The notes: a model not told the origin generated them from the letters alone. 64,000 nucleotides of DNA from an uncultured Verrucomicrobiae bacterium (GCA_963762565.1 CAVXLD010000003.1:544001-608000), one strand, 5' to 3'; positions 1 through 8,989 are shown, counted from the stretch's first letter. Made by a program: numbers and translations.

Positions 1-389
1 AGTTCATGTTTAGCGTGATCAATTTTATTAACGGCGACCAGGATCGGTTTTCTCGTTTTACGGAGTTGCTTAGCCAGCAGTTCGTCGATGGGCGTTAGTC
101 CGGCAGCGCCGTCGGTAACGAAAATGATTGTGTCCGCTATCTGCATGGCGAGTTCGGCTTCAGCCTGAACTTGATCGTCCAAAGAATCGCCCATGGCTGC
201 TCCGATTCCACCGGTGTCAATCAGAGTCACCCGGCGGTCATCGAGCTCAAAATCCGCAGCTAATCGGTCCCGGGTTACGCCGGGTTGGTCATGAACAATG
301 GCAACGCGTCGCCGTAAGAGGCGATTAAACAAAGCTGATTTGCCGACGTTTGGACGTCCGACTATGGCAACCGTTGGCACTTTAGCCAT
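1..389 (-). CDS. der: Ribosome biogenesis GTPase Der/EngA, N-terminal part; runs off the window start
   Basis: Hand translation gives MAKVPTVAIVGRPNVGKSALFNRL...PGVTRDR...DTGG...NKID, i.e. the G1-G4 motifs of the first GTPase domain. Not in the ORF track. Confidence 0.95.
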   Translation of the reverse strand, partial: MAKVPTVAIVGRPNVGKSALFNRLLRRRVAIVHDQPGVTRDRLAADFELDDRRVTLIDTGGIGAAMGDSLDDQVQAEAELAMQIADTIIFVTDGAAGLTPIDELLAKQLRKTRKPILVAVNKIDHAKHE

Positions 390-420
390 TGCAGTGCAGC
401 AAACGTTATACCCGGTTTGG

Positions 421-597
421 GGTGAGTGAGAAGTGAGAAGTGATTGCTGAGAGGTGAGAAGCACCACCGAGGGACGGACGACGGATGGGACCTATAGGAC
501 TTATACGACTTATATGGCAGGCGTTTCAGGGCTGCGAAGATAGCCGACAGGCGAATTTATACCAATCACTTCTCACTTCTCACCTCTCACTTCTCAC
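421..597. repeat. Inverted GTGAGA(A/G) heptamer arrays enclosing a GGAC(C/T)TATA nonamer array
   Basis: gtgagaagtgagaagtg... at 426-460 versus ...cacttctcacctctcacttctcac at 567-597; ggacctataggacttata at 488-505. Confidence 0.85.
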
Positions 598-1158
598 TGA
601 AGAAGCGCGTAGCTGCCGGATACCATCCAGGACGTAGCCGGTTCCTGAAATGAGGGTGAGGGACGCGGCGATGAAGACCATGGCATCCAAAAAGAGGGGG
701 ATACGGAAGAGGACCCAGAGGATTGAGGTCAATTGAAATACAGTCGCAATTTTTCCGATCGGGCTGGGATGGATGTCGACTTGGTCGATCAACCGGGTTA
801 AGGCGGTAAAGCCGATCGCTAGTACCACGTCCCGGCCAATGACGGCGCAAGGGAACCAGAAAGGGAGGCTATGAGGCCAACCTGAAAGAGCGAGCACAAG
901 CAGAGCTGCTGCAACTAATCCCTTGTCGGCGATCGGATCCAAAATGGCGCCGAGACGGCTCTGCTGATGGAACTGACGGGCAACGAAGCCATCGAGACCA
1001 TCCATGCACGCTGCGATTAAAAAGATGGCGATAGCGGCAAACCGATAGGGCTCGATCGGCTGACCATCGGCGAACGATCGGCCGTAAGCCCATGCCAACC
1101 AGACAAAGGCTGGAATCAGGCCGATCCGGGCCAGGGTGATCTTATTGGCGGCAGTCAT
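580..1158 (-). CDS. pgsA: CDP-alcohol phosphatidyltransferase (phosphatidylglycerophosphate synthase-like)
   Basis: N-terminal ANKITLARI and DGLDGFVAR...G..LDPIADK motif; start placed at ATG 1158. Confidence 0.85.
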   Translation of the reverse strand: MTAANKITLARIGLIPAFVWLAWAYGRSFADGQPIEPYRFAAIAIFLIAACMDGLDGFVARQFHQQSRLGAILDPIADKGLVAAALLVLALSGWPHSLPFWFPCAVIGRDVVLAIGFTALTRLIDQVDIHPSPIGKIATVFQLTSILWVLFRIPLFLDAMVFIAASLTLISGTGYVLDGIRQLRASSVRSER

Positions 1159-1285
1159 AGCCCGATGAATGACAAATGACAGATGACAGAAGGAAGATAG
1201 CAAGGGGAAGGGTAGGAGTCTGGGCGTGGCCAATCGAGGGACGAGCCACGGATAGGACCTATGGGACCTATAGGACTCATGTGTT

Positions 1286-2170
1286 CTAACGTTGAGCGGT
1301 GCTCGTCTCCTGCAGCGGGGTTCTGCCGCGATAGGCGACGATGCCTTGGTAGATTTGCTCGGCTAAGGCGTCCCGGTAGGCTTGGGAAGCGATCCGTCGG
1401 GACTCAATCGGATTACTCAGGAATCCGCCTTCGACCAGGATCGCCGGATTCGTGTTGTAGCGGATCACAAAATAGGGGGCGGTTTTCACCCGACGATCAA
1501 CGGCGCCAGGCAGTTGCAGAATACTTTGTTGAACCTTGGCGGCCAGTTTAGCGCTGCGGTTTGTGTCGTAATAGGTTTCCAGCCCTTGAATGTCGCGGTT
1601 CGGCGTGCCGTTAAAGTGGAGACTGACAAATATAACGTTGGGCTGAGAATTCGAAATTAGAACCCGGTTCTCTAACGGGACAAACAAATCGGATTGCCGG
1701 GTCATCACCACGTTAAAACCGGCTTGTTCTAAACGACTTTTGAGGCGGTACGCCAGGTCGAGGGTCCAGATTTTCTCTGGCAACACACCGCGCTGGTTTT
1801 CTCCCGGATCGTGTCCTCCGTGCCCGGGATCGACAACGACGGTTCGGAACGTGGGGCGAGTCGCGCAACTAGCCAAAAGAATGACAAATGACAGATGACA
1901 AATGACAGATAGAAGCCCGCGGCAACGTCTGTGGGTTGCATTGTCGGAGCGCGTTGCCGATTTCTGCGGGGTGGCGGCTACCCGCTGCGGCTCAAATCCG
2001 GCGCGGGAAAACACTGGAGAAAAATCGTCTGCGGCGCGCCGAGCCCCGCCGCCGCTACGCTTTGGCGCGGCCCAGCTGTGGATAGAGACCCGCCTTGAGA
2101 CTGGCCGCGACGTAGGCCTTGCGAAGTCGGGTTTTCGTCCTACCGGAACCCCGCATCTGTCATTTGTCAT
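1286..2170 (-). CDS. N-acetylmuramoyl-L-alanine amidase (Amidase_3), probable lipoprotein; start uncertain (ATG 2170 or GTG 2014)
   Basis: VVVDPGHGGHDPG, EK, FVSLHFN and AILVEGGFLSN zinc-binding/catalytic motifs; lipobox LASC. Confidence 0.9.
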   Translation of the reverse strand: MTNDRCGVPVGRKPDFARPTSRPVSRRVSIHSWAAPKRSGGGARRAADDFSPVFSRAGFEPQRVAATPQKSATRSDNATHRRCRGLLSVICHLSFVILLASCATRPTFRTVVVDPGHGGHDPGENQRGVLPEKIWTLDLAYRLKSRLEQAGFNVVMTRQSDLFVPLENRVLISNSQPNVIFVSLHFNGTPNRDIQGLETYYDTNRSAKLAAKVQQSILQLPGAVDRRVKTAPYFVIRYNTNPAILVEGGFLSNPIESRRIASQAYRDALAEQIYQGIVAYRGRTPLQETSTAQR

Positions 2171-2832
2171 TTGTTATTTGTCATTTGCTTGGTCTCGACC
2201 TTTACCTGGTAGCCAAGCGGTTTCAATTTGTCTGACAATTCTCGTTCGAAGGCATGCTGGGCTTCTGCGGGTAGATCGGGTGCCTGCGCCTCGGCGATTT
2301 TCGGCAGAGCGTTCAACTCGGTGGTGACATCTTGGGGTTGAATTTTGTTCCAAAGACCATCTTGGAGTTCTTCGACGTCCCAATGAACGACTTCGGCGCT
2401 CAGGATTTTTGCCGGCGGCAGAGTCACGGTGACGGTGGTTCCCTGCACAGCTACCTGGCATTCTTTATCGAGGTCGAACCCGGCATGTAATCGAAAAGTT
2501 GCCCGGATCCGAATATGTTTTGTGCTTCCTAGCCAGCTTTGATCGCTTTCGTGCATTACCTGGGTGTCCTTGGTCAATACGGTGAGTTGCATGACCTCCT
2601 GAGAGGACTCATAAAAGACTTTGTTCCGAACCACCATGCGAGGTCGAAACTGGAAGGTATCTGCCAGGACATCGCGGAGTTTTGCGACGCTGGCAGCCGA
2701 TTCGTGCGTGAAGGAAGCAAAGGCGCGTTCGGGCCAGGAGGTGATGCGGTCGAAAACAAAGTAAACCAAAACAGCGCCTATCAGCGCGATCAAGACGAAG
2801 GCGAGAGGCCAGGAAAAACGCTTCCGGGTCAT
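2167..2832 (-). CDS. DUF4230-like membrane-anchored protein
   Basis: N-terminal TM helix; ...HAGFDL...VTVTLPPAKILS pattern. Confidence 0.65.
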   Translation of the reverse strand: MTRKRFSWPLAFVLIALIGAVLVYFVFDRITSWPERAFASFTHESAASVAKLRDVLADTFQFRPRMVVRNKVFYESSQEVMQLTVLTKDTQVMHESDQSWLGSTKHIRIRATFRLHAGFDLDKECQVAVQGTTVTVTLPPAKILSAEVVHWDVEELQDGLWNKIQPQDVTTELNALPKIAEAQAPDLPAEAQHAFERELSDKLKPLGYQVKVETKQMTNNK

Positions 2833-2888
2833 TACACGGATGATACAGGGTCGAACGAGCGGGAACGAGCGCGAACGGAACAAAACGT

Positions 2889-2918
2889 GGGAGGGCGCGC
2901 GTCCCCGCGCGCCGCGAA
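2889..2918 (+). repeat. Single REP-like unit GGAG-GGCGCGCG-TCCC-CGCGCGCC
   Basis: Matches the left units at 39511 and 42102. Confidence 0.85.
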
Positions 2919-2987
2919 CGGGTCAATAGTTCCGTAACTCAGTCTTACGCTGGATCGGGTCTGTCGTGGACTTCGAGAACGGCGGAT

Positions 2988-3080
2988 CCAACACTCCATT
3001 ACGCCGGCACTCCAACACTCCGCGCGGCTGAAATCGAGGACGAGGACGACGACGAGAACGAGTACGAGTACGAAGCACCT
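2988..3080 (+). repeat. Composite octamer (CCAACACT) plus hexamer (GAGGAC/GAGAAC) element
   Basis: Reverse-complement copy at about 8058-8140. Confidence 0.8.
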
Positions 3081-3094
3081 AACGGTGCAGGCCT

Positions 3095-3137
3095 AAAAAA
3101 AATACAGCCCCCCGCATCCGCTGGATACGAAGGGCTG
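3095..3137 (-). terminator. Intrinsic terminator
   Basis: Minus strand CAGCCCTTCGTATC-loop-GATGCGGGGGGCTG followed by TA and T8. Confidence 0.8.
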
Positions 3138-3245
3138 CTGTTCCCCCCAGAACAATCCGAAAAAACTTTCATTGTGACAGTGCTACAGATTTTAGGGATT
3201 TCAAATGATTTGTTGTCGATTGTACCGCTAGGTTTAGTTGCATAT
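3095..3245 (-). ncRNA. Putative sigma54-dependent small RNA (or very short peptide mRNA)
   Basis: About 150 nt bounded by a -24/-12 promoter and a terminator, with only a 24-codon ORF contained inside. Confidence 0.5.
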
Positions 3246-3254
3246 TGCATGAAA

Positions 3255-3291
3255 TGCAACTTTTTCGCCAACTCGTCGTAACCTATTGATG
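3255..3291 (-). promoter_or_regulatory. Sigma54 -24/-12 promoter with adjacent IHF-like site
   Basis: Minus strand TGGCGAAAAAGTTGCA (GG-N10-GC) at 3270-3255; cATCAATAGGTTA at 3291-3279 fits WATCAANNNNTTR except at W. Confidence 0.6.
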
Positions 3292-3405
3292 GGGTGGTCC
3301 TTTGCCTAGCTCAAGAGCTGGCGATTTGAGTACATTTCATCCCTCTCATTGCTTTCCGATTTGCTGTCGCTTACCGATAGTCGTTAATTTTTAGCAGCAA
3401 ATCGC

Positions 3406-5064
3406 ATGCAAACTATCGTCATTGGCCATCGCAACCCCGACATGGATTCGATCTTTTCCGCGATTGCTTACGGGGAACTAAAGCGAGAACTCGGCATGCC
3501 CGACGTATTGGTGGCGCGCGCCGGAAACACGAATGAGCGCATTGACTTTGTGCTCGAAAAGTTCGGTGTACCGGCGCCGGAGTTTATCGGGGATGTGACC
3601 CCGAAAGTTGGCGACCTGATGGAAACGAAAGTGGTATCGGTGCTGCACCACTCGACCATCAATAAGGCAATCAATTCCATCGAGCAAAAGCGGTTGCGGG
3701 GATTGCCGGTGGTGGACGATGAAGACCGTTGTCTCGGTTTGCTATCCGCCTGGAAAATCACGAACCACCTGTTTCCTTCGCGAGAAGAAACGAGCAGTTC
3801 TCGGCTGATAAACGCTTCGATCGCGGATCTGGCTCAGGCCTTAGAAGGGAATATCCTGGCCGGCAAAGCTGACACGGAAGAACGCCAGTTGATCATCATG
3901 GTCGCCGCGATGACGCTGGAAGCCTTTTTGGGACGGTTTCAGCACTATGATAGCGGAAAGATCGTTCTATTTGTGGGCGACCGCGACGATGTCCAACTGG
4001 CCGCCATCCGAGAGGGCGTCAAAACGATTGTAGTCACCGGCGGGTTAGGGGTTTCGGCCGACGTCCGACTCGCCGCTAATAACGCGGGCGCTTGTTTAAT
4101 CTCGAGTCGATTTGACACAGCGACGTCGGTTTTGCTTTCCCGGAGTAGCGTGCGGGTCGATCAGTTCGTAGAGCCGAACTTCACGAGTTTCACCGCAGAG
4201 ACCACCCTACAGGCGGCCCGGAAAATCGCGGCCAATGCGCCTGATTTCTTCATATTTCCGGTGCTGGGCGAGGACAAACGGTTGGTGGGGATCCTGTCCA
4301 AGAGCGATTTTTTGAGGACGGTGCCGCGCCAGCTGATCCTGGTCGATCACAACGAGATGACGCAAGCGGTCAAAGGAGCTGATGAGATCCCGATCATCGA
4401 AGTGCTGGATCATCATCGTCTGGGGAGCTTTCGGACGGATGTGCCGATCCTTTTCTGGAACAATCCGGTGGGATCGACTAGTACGATCGTCACTCTTTGC
4501 TACCAGCAGTTCGGGATCGCCATCAAACCGCCGATCGCGGGGCTGTTAATGGCGGGCCTGATTTCCGATACGCTCAATCTGACTTCACCGACCGCGACGC
4601 CGGTTGATGCGCAGGTGTTGCAAGACTTGAGCAGGATCGCCGGGGTGAAGGCGGACGAGCTGGCCAAGGAGATGTTCAGCGTAGGATCGCCGCTGTTGAG
4701 CCTGGCGCCGAAGGATGTGGTGGTAGCCGATTGCAAAGATTACGAAGAGAGCGGTTTCCGGTTCAGTGTGGCTCAAATCGAGGAGCTGAGTTTTGCTTAT
4801 TTCGATGACAAAAAGGCGGCGTTGTTTGACGCGCTGGAAGAGTATCGAAAGAAAAACGACGCTTATTTCAGCTCGTTATTGGTCACCGATGTGAACACCC
4901 AAAATTCGCGGTTGTTGATCGCGGCTCCGCCGGAGTTCCAAGAGCTGATCCATTATCCAAATCTCGGGCCGAATCTGTACGAGCTAAACAATATCGTCTC
5001 GCGAAAGAAGCAATTGGTTCCCTATTTACTGGATTGCCTGCAACGCGTGAACGCTAAACTCTAA
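3406..5064 (+). CDS. ppaC: Mn-dependent inorganic pyrophosphatase, family II, with CBS and DRTGG domains
   Basis: GHRNPDMDS, VDHNE, DHH, SDT and VSRKKQ motifs; internal CBS/DRTGG insert. Confidence 0.95.
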   Translation: MQTIVIGHRNPDMDSIFSAIAYGELKRELGMPDVLVARAGNTNERIDFVLEKFGVPAPEFIGDVTPKVGDLMETKVVSVLHHSTINKAINSIEQKRLRGLPVVDDEDRCLGLLSAWKITNHLFPSREETSSSRLINASIADLAQALEGNILAGKADTEERQLIIMVAAMTLEAFLGRFQHYDSGKIVLFVGDRDDVQLAAIREGVKTIVVTGGLGVSADVRLAANNAGACLISSRFDTATSVLLSRSSVRVDQFVEPNFTSFTAETTLQAARKIAANAPDFFIFPVLGEDKRLVGILSKSDFLRTVPRQLILVDHNEMTQAVKGADEIPIIEVLDHHRLGSFRTDVPILFWNNPVGSTSTIVTLCYQQFGIAIKPPIAGLLMAGLISDTLNLTSPTATPVDAQVLQDLSRIAGVKADELAKEMFSVGSPLLSLAPKDVVVADCKDYEESGFRFSVAQIEELSFAYFDDKKAALFDALEEYRKKNDAYFSSLLVTDVNTQNSRLLIAAPPEFQELIHYPNLGPNLYELNNIVSRKKQLVPYLLDCLQRVNAKL

Positions 5065-5069
5065 CCGCC

Positions 5070-5279
5070 AACCGCGAATGGATACGAATTGACGCGAAGA
5101 GCAAAGACGAACCGCAGATTTCGAAGACTCAAGGCAGGTTGATTATCCGCAGATTACGCAGATTTCGTTTTCAGGTTCCTATGTTGCCCAGGGTTACAGA
5201 AGACGTGACCGAGCCACAAAGATGTTTTTATCTGAAAAGCCGCGCCAAGTCCGAACCGTAATCTGCGTAATCTGCGGAT
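5070..5279. repeat. Nonamer-type palindromic element (CGCGAAT/CGCAGAT family)
   Basis: aaccgcgaatggatacgaat and ccgcagattacgcagat versus atctgcgtaatctgcgg. Confidence 0.8.
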
Positions 5280-5296
5280 GAATCCCTTCTTAATGC

Positions 5297-6133
5297 ATGG
5301 CTAGAGTAGCGACGACCAGTTCTGCGGTTCGGGTTTGGCGGGGTTTTCGACGCTGTTTTTGGCAATCGCCGGAGGAGCGCTTGATGCGGCCGGCGTGGTG
5401 GGCCGTCACCATCAATTGGGTATTGGCTTTCTTGCTTTTGTCTCTGGTGGCGTGGTTCGCGTTTGCCAGCCTGCGATACAATTGGAACTGGGATGCGGTG
5501 AGTAGCTACGCCGGTTTCTTTTGGAGGGGCTGGTTCACCACTATCGGAGTTTCCGCGGTCGCGTTGGTCCTGAGTACGGTGCTGGGCGTGGCGGTAGCCA
5601 TGGTGCGGCGCTCGGGTTTCTTTGTGCTAAGGGCGCTAGGGCGGATTTATGTGGAGACGCTAAGGGGGACACCGCTTCTGGTGCAGGTCTCTTTTGGATT
5701 CTATGTGGTGGCATCCGCGATTCATCTGGAGAACCGCCTGGTGGTAGGCGTGGCCACACTCGCGATCTGCTACGGCGCTTTTATCAGTGAGATTGTTCGC
5801 GGAGGAATTGAGAGCATTGGGGCATCGCAACTGGAGTCGGCGCGGGCGATCGGTTTGACCCGGGTCCAGACCTATCGATATGTGATTTTTCCGCAGGCTA
5901 TCCGTGTCATCCTACCGGGATTGGCCGGTATGTTCGCTTCGATGATTAAAGATTCATCGCTGCTCTCTGTGATTTCGATCGGAGAATTTACCTGGAGTGC
6001 GCAACAGGTTGGGGGACTGACCTATAGTCTGTTTGAAACCTATATTCCGCTGGCTGTTGGTTACCTGGTACTCACATTGCCAATTACGCTTTGGACTCAA
6101 TGGCTGGAGCGGAGGACCAAATTTGAAACTTAG
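5297..6133 (+). CDS. Polar amino-acid ABC transporter permease (GlnP/HisM family)
   Basis: RGTPLLVQ, EIVRGG...Q.ESARAIG and IKDSSLLS motifs. Confidence 0.95.
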   Translation: MARVATTSSAVRVWRGFRRCFWQSPEERLMRPAWWAVTINWVLAFLLLSLVAWFAFASLRYNWNWDAVSSYAGFFWRGWFTTIGVSAVALVLSTVLGVAVAMVRRSGFFVLRALGRIYVETLRGTPLLVQVSFGFYVVASAIHLENRLVVGVATLAICYGAFISEIVRGGIESIGASQLESARAIGLTRVQTYRYVIFPQAIRVILPGLAGMFASMIKDSSLLSVISIGEFTWSAQQVGGLTYSLFETYIPLAVGYLVLTLPITLWTQWLERRTKFET

Positions 6134-6180
6134 AAATGTAATGGAAGACCAGGCTCCTGAAAGCGTCGCGAGCCTGGCGC

Positions 6181-6432
6181 TTATTCGCTTGAATGAGACA
6201 CGGCATTCAACAGCGCTCCGGCTAGCTGAACTACAAATGCTGCGCCATATACTAATCCTTCGCCTAATTTGTCGCTGCGCTGTGACGGATTCATTTCAGT
6301 GATCCATGTCGAGATCCAGAACAGGAGAGAAGCCACATAGACAGGTAGGAGCACGAACTTCATGCTCCAATGCCACCACGCCGACAACCTCTGGAACATA
6401 GCCGACCTTCGGACAAAACCGAACCACGTCAA
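6181..6432 (-). CDS. Hypothetical small membrane protein
   Basis: 83-aa ORF with two hydrophobic stretches; it fills a gap inside an ABC gene pair. Confidence 0.35.
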   Translation of the reverse strand: MTWFGFVRRSAMFQRLSAWWHWSMKFVLLPVYVASLLFWISTWITEMNPSQRSDKLGEGLVYGAAFVVQLAGALLNAVSHSSE

Positions 6433-6463
6433 ATAAAGTTACGAGCAGACAAATTTCTAGAGA

Positions 6464-7195
6464 ATGAAACTTAGGATCCAGAATCTGAGAAAGAGTTTCG
6501 GCCAGCAAGTCGTGTTAGATAACATCTCGTTATCACTAGAAAAGGTCCATACCCTCGCGTTGATTGGTCCCTCGGGTGGCGGCAAATCGACGTTACTTCG
6601 CGTAATCGCAGGCCTGGAACGACCCGACCAAGGCGAGGTTTGGTTGAATGACAACGAGATCGTCTTTGAGGAAAAATTGCTGCGAGAGCATCGCCGCACC
6701 GTGGGAACGGTGTTTCAGAGCTTCAACTTGTTCCCGCATCTGACTGCGTTTGCGAATGTCACGTTGCCTTTGGAGAAGGTGCATCATCATGCGCCTCAGG
6801 AGGCTCGGATGATGGCGGAGGAGATCCTGGAGCGCTTTCAATTGATGGAGCACGCGCATAAGCAACCGGCTCAGCTTTCCGGTGGCCAACGGCAACGGAT
6901 CGCTATTGCGCGGGCGGTGGCGATACGGCCCAAGCTACTTTTGTTTGATGAACCTACTTCCGCTTTGGATCCCGAGATGACGGGTGAGGTGTTAGACCTG
7001 ATCGAGGAGCTCCGAGAAGAAGGCCGCGATTTTTTGCTGGTGACGCATCAGATGGGGTTCGCGCATCGGGTGGCTGATCAGATTGCGATCCTGAGCCAGG
7101 GACGGATCGTTGAGTGTGGCCCGCCTGCGCAGGTGCTGGATCAGCCGAGAGAGGAAGTGACTCGGCAGTTTTTGTCGAGGATCCTGAAATACTAG
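6464..7195 (+). CDS. Polar amino-acid ABC transporter ATPase (GlnQ family)
   Basis: [17 protein letters not shown] and FDEPTSALDPE motifs. Confidence 0.95.
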   Translation: MKLRIQNLRKSFGQQVVLDNISLSLEKVHTLALIGPSGGGKSTLLRVIAGLERPDQGEVWLNDNEIVFEEKLLREHRRTVGTVFQSFNLFPHLTAFANVTLPLEKVHHHAPQEARMMAEEILERFQLMEHAHKQPAQLSGGQRQRIAIARAVAIRPKLLLFDEPTSALDPEMTGEVLDLIEELREEGRDFLLVTHQMGFAHRVADQIAILSQGRIVECGPPAQVLDQPREEVTRQFLSRILKY

Positions 7196-7225
7196 GAGTT
7201 CGAGGAGTTCAAGGAGTTCAAGGAG
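7195..7225 (+). repeat. GGAGTTCAA nonamer array
   Basis: ggagttcgaggagttcaaggagttcaaggag; related arrays at about 7973 and 8998-9028. Confidence 0.75.
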
Positions 7226-7234
7226 AGGGCGGCG

Positions 7235-7846
7235 TTACTGCTCCTTTGTGGTTTTTGTACCCGCGGTGCTGCCGCCGTCTTTTACGCGGTCGCAATCGAT
7301 GGTCCAATTCGTTTCCCAGGTCTTACCTCCATCGGGCGAGAATGCTTGTTCCCATCGGTACGAGTCGAGGCTGTTAATCAGATAGAGATAGCGGACCAAA
7401 ACGGCTTTACCGTCGTAGATTTCGTAGTCGTAGAACTCACCTCGGCGGTCACCGACAAAACGGCCGACGGTCGGCGGCAAGCCTAAGCTTCCTTTTCTGC
7501 TGTTCGCAAAAAAGATGCTCCAAAGGCGGGTGCTCGGGTCGTAGAGCCGCAATGTTAACCCTTGGATGCGGCCGGCGGGATCATTGAACTCGTCTTCATC
7601 CATATTTGCGCGGCCGTCCCAGATTTTCTGGGCAACAGAAGTTCCGCCGAACTCGACCCAATTGTTCGAGCCGGTCAGCGGGTTGCGTAACCGTCGATTA
7701 TGAAGTTTCCAGGTGCCGATATTAAAATCGAAATCATGTTGGTCATCGCGATCCTGATTGATTGAGGTTGGCTGGTCTGCCCAAGCGATTAGCTGAATGC
7801 CTAGCAAAAAGAAGCTTAACGCGAAGAAGAGCCGGTGGAGTCTCAT
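7235..7846 (-). CDS. Secreted beta-rich hypothetical protein (DUF1579-like)
   Basis: Signal peptide; HDFDF..G.W and WEQAFSPDGGKTWETNW motifs. Confidence 0.7.
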   Translation of the reverse strand: MRLHRLFFALSFFLLGIQLIAWADQPTSINQDRDDQHDFDFNIGTWKLHNRRLRNPLTGSNNWVEFGGTSVAQKIWDGRANMDEDEFNDPAGRIQGLTLRLYDPSTRLWSIFFANSRKGSLGLPPTVGRFVGDRRGEFYDYEIYDGKAVLVRYLYLINSLDSYRWEQAFSPDGGKTWETNWTIDCDRVKDGGSTAGTKTTKEQ

Positions 7847-8245
7847 AGTTTGTTTTGATGACTGCGAAGAACGCCGGGTCGGCGATCTGAAATGTGGCTG
7901 GGAATTGGTAGCGAAAAATGTCCGCCCGGTAAATAGCCACTTCCTGCGGCTTCGATAAGGCCAATTATACTAGGAGTTCAAGGAGGGGCGTCTAGGGTCC
8001 TGGAGGGTTAGTGGGCGGAAAGAACCAGGTAGGTCCTGGCACGAATAGGACTCACAAGGCGCTTCGTTCTCGTTCTCGTCCTCGCCGTCGTCCTCGAATC
8101 CGGCCACGCGGAGTGATGGAGTGTGGGAGTGTTGGAGTACTGCGCCAAGTCCGAAAAGCACCCGCGTAGCGGGTTGGAGATGCTTATGAGACAGATAGGA
8201 CTTATAGGTCGCGTAAGTCCTATCTGTGATACGGCCCGAAGGGTT

Positions 8246-8989
8246 TTAGCTGCTGGCGTGTAGCGCTGAGCTTCCGCGCAAGAACTCTGCAACGAAAGGT
8301 GTAGCTGGGAAATCGTGTACTTCAGACGGGGTACCGATCTGCTCGATCTGAGCGTGGTTCATGACGACGACGCGATCAGCTAGATCGAGCGCTTCTTCCT
8401 GGTCGTGAGTGACGAAGATCGTTGTGATCTTCAACTCTTGTTGCAGGGTGCGAACCCAGGCGCGTAATTCTTTGCGCACCTTGGCGTCCAGGGCGCCAAA
8501 AGGTTCATCGAGGAGGAGAATGCGAGGCTTGATGGCAAGGGCTCGAGCCAAGGCGACTCGTTGGCGTTGACCGCCGGAGAGCTGGTGAGGGCTGCGATCT
8601 TCGAAACCGGACAACCGGACCAAGCGCAACAGTTCACTGACTCGGTCCTGTATTTCGCGCCGGCTCATTTGAAACTGGCGGCGGTTTACCTCGAGACCGA
8701 AGGCAACATTTTTGGCCACGCTCATGTGCCGAAACAAGGCATAATGCTGAAAGACGAAGCCAACGCGGCGTTTTTGGATCGGGAGCGAAGTGGCATCGAC
8801 GTCATCAAACAAGATGCGACCGGAATCCGGAAAATCGAGCCCGGCCACTAACCGGAGCAGCGTGGTTTTTCCGGAGCCGGAAGGGCCAAGCAAGGCTACT
8901 AGCTCGCCGTCATCGACGTTCAGAGAAACGCCATCCAACGCGCTAATAGCGCCAAATCGCCGGACTAGTTGTTTTGCTTCGATGCGCAT
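8246..8989 (-). CDS. cysA: Sulfate/thiosulfate ABC transporter ATPase, short form
   Basis: Walker [11 protein letters not shown] and [16 protein letters not shown]; operon context. Confidence 0.92.
   Translation of the reverse strand: MRIEAKQLVRRFGAISALDGVSLNVDDGELVALLGPSGSGKTTLLRLVAGLDFPDSGRILFDDVDATSLPIQKRRVGFVFQHYALFRHMSVAKNVAFGLEVNRRQFQMSRREIQDRVSELLRLVRLSGFEDRSPHQLSGGQRQRVALARALAIKPRILLLDEPFGALDAKVRKELRAWVRTLQQELKITTIFVTHDQEEALDLADRVVVMNHAQIEQIGTPSEVHDFPATPFVAEFLRGSSALHASS

Noticed and set aside
2999..3271. 90-aa ORF on the minus strand
   Set aside because: It starts inside the sigma54 motif, runs through a terminator and ends in repeat-derived Ser/Tyr runs.
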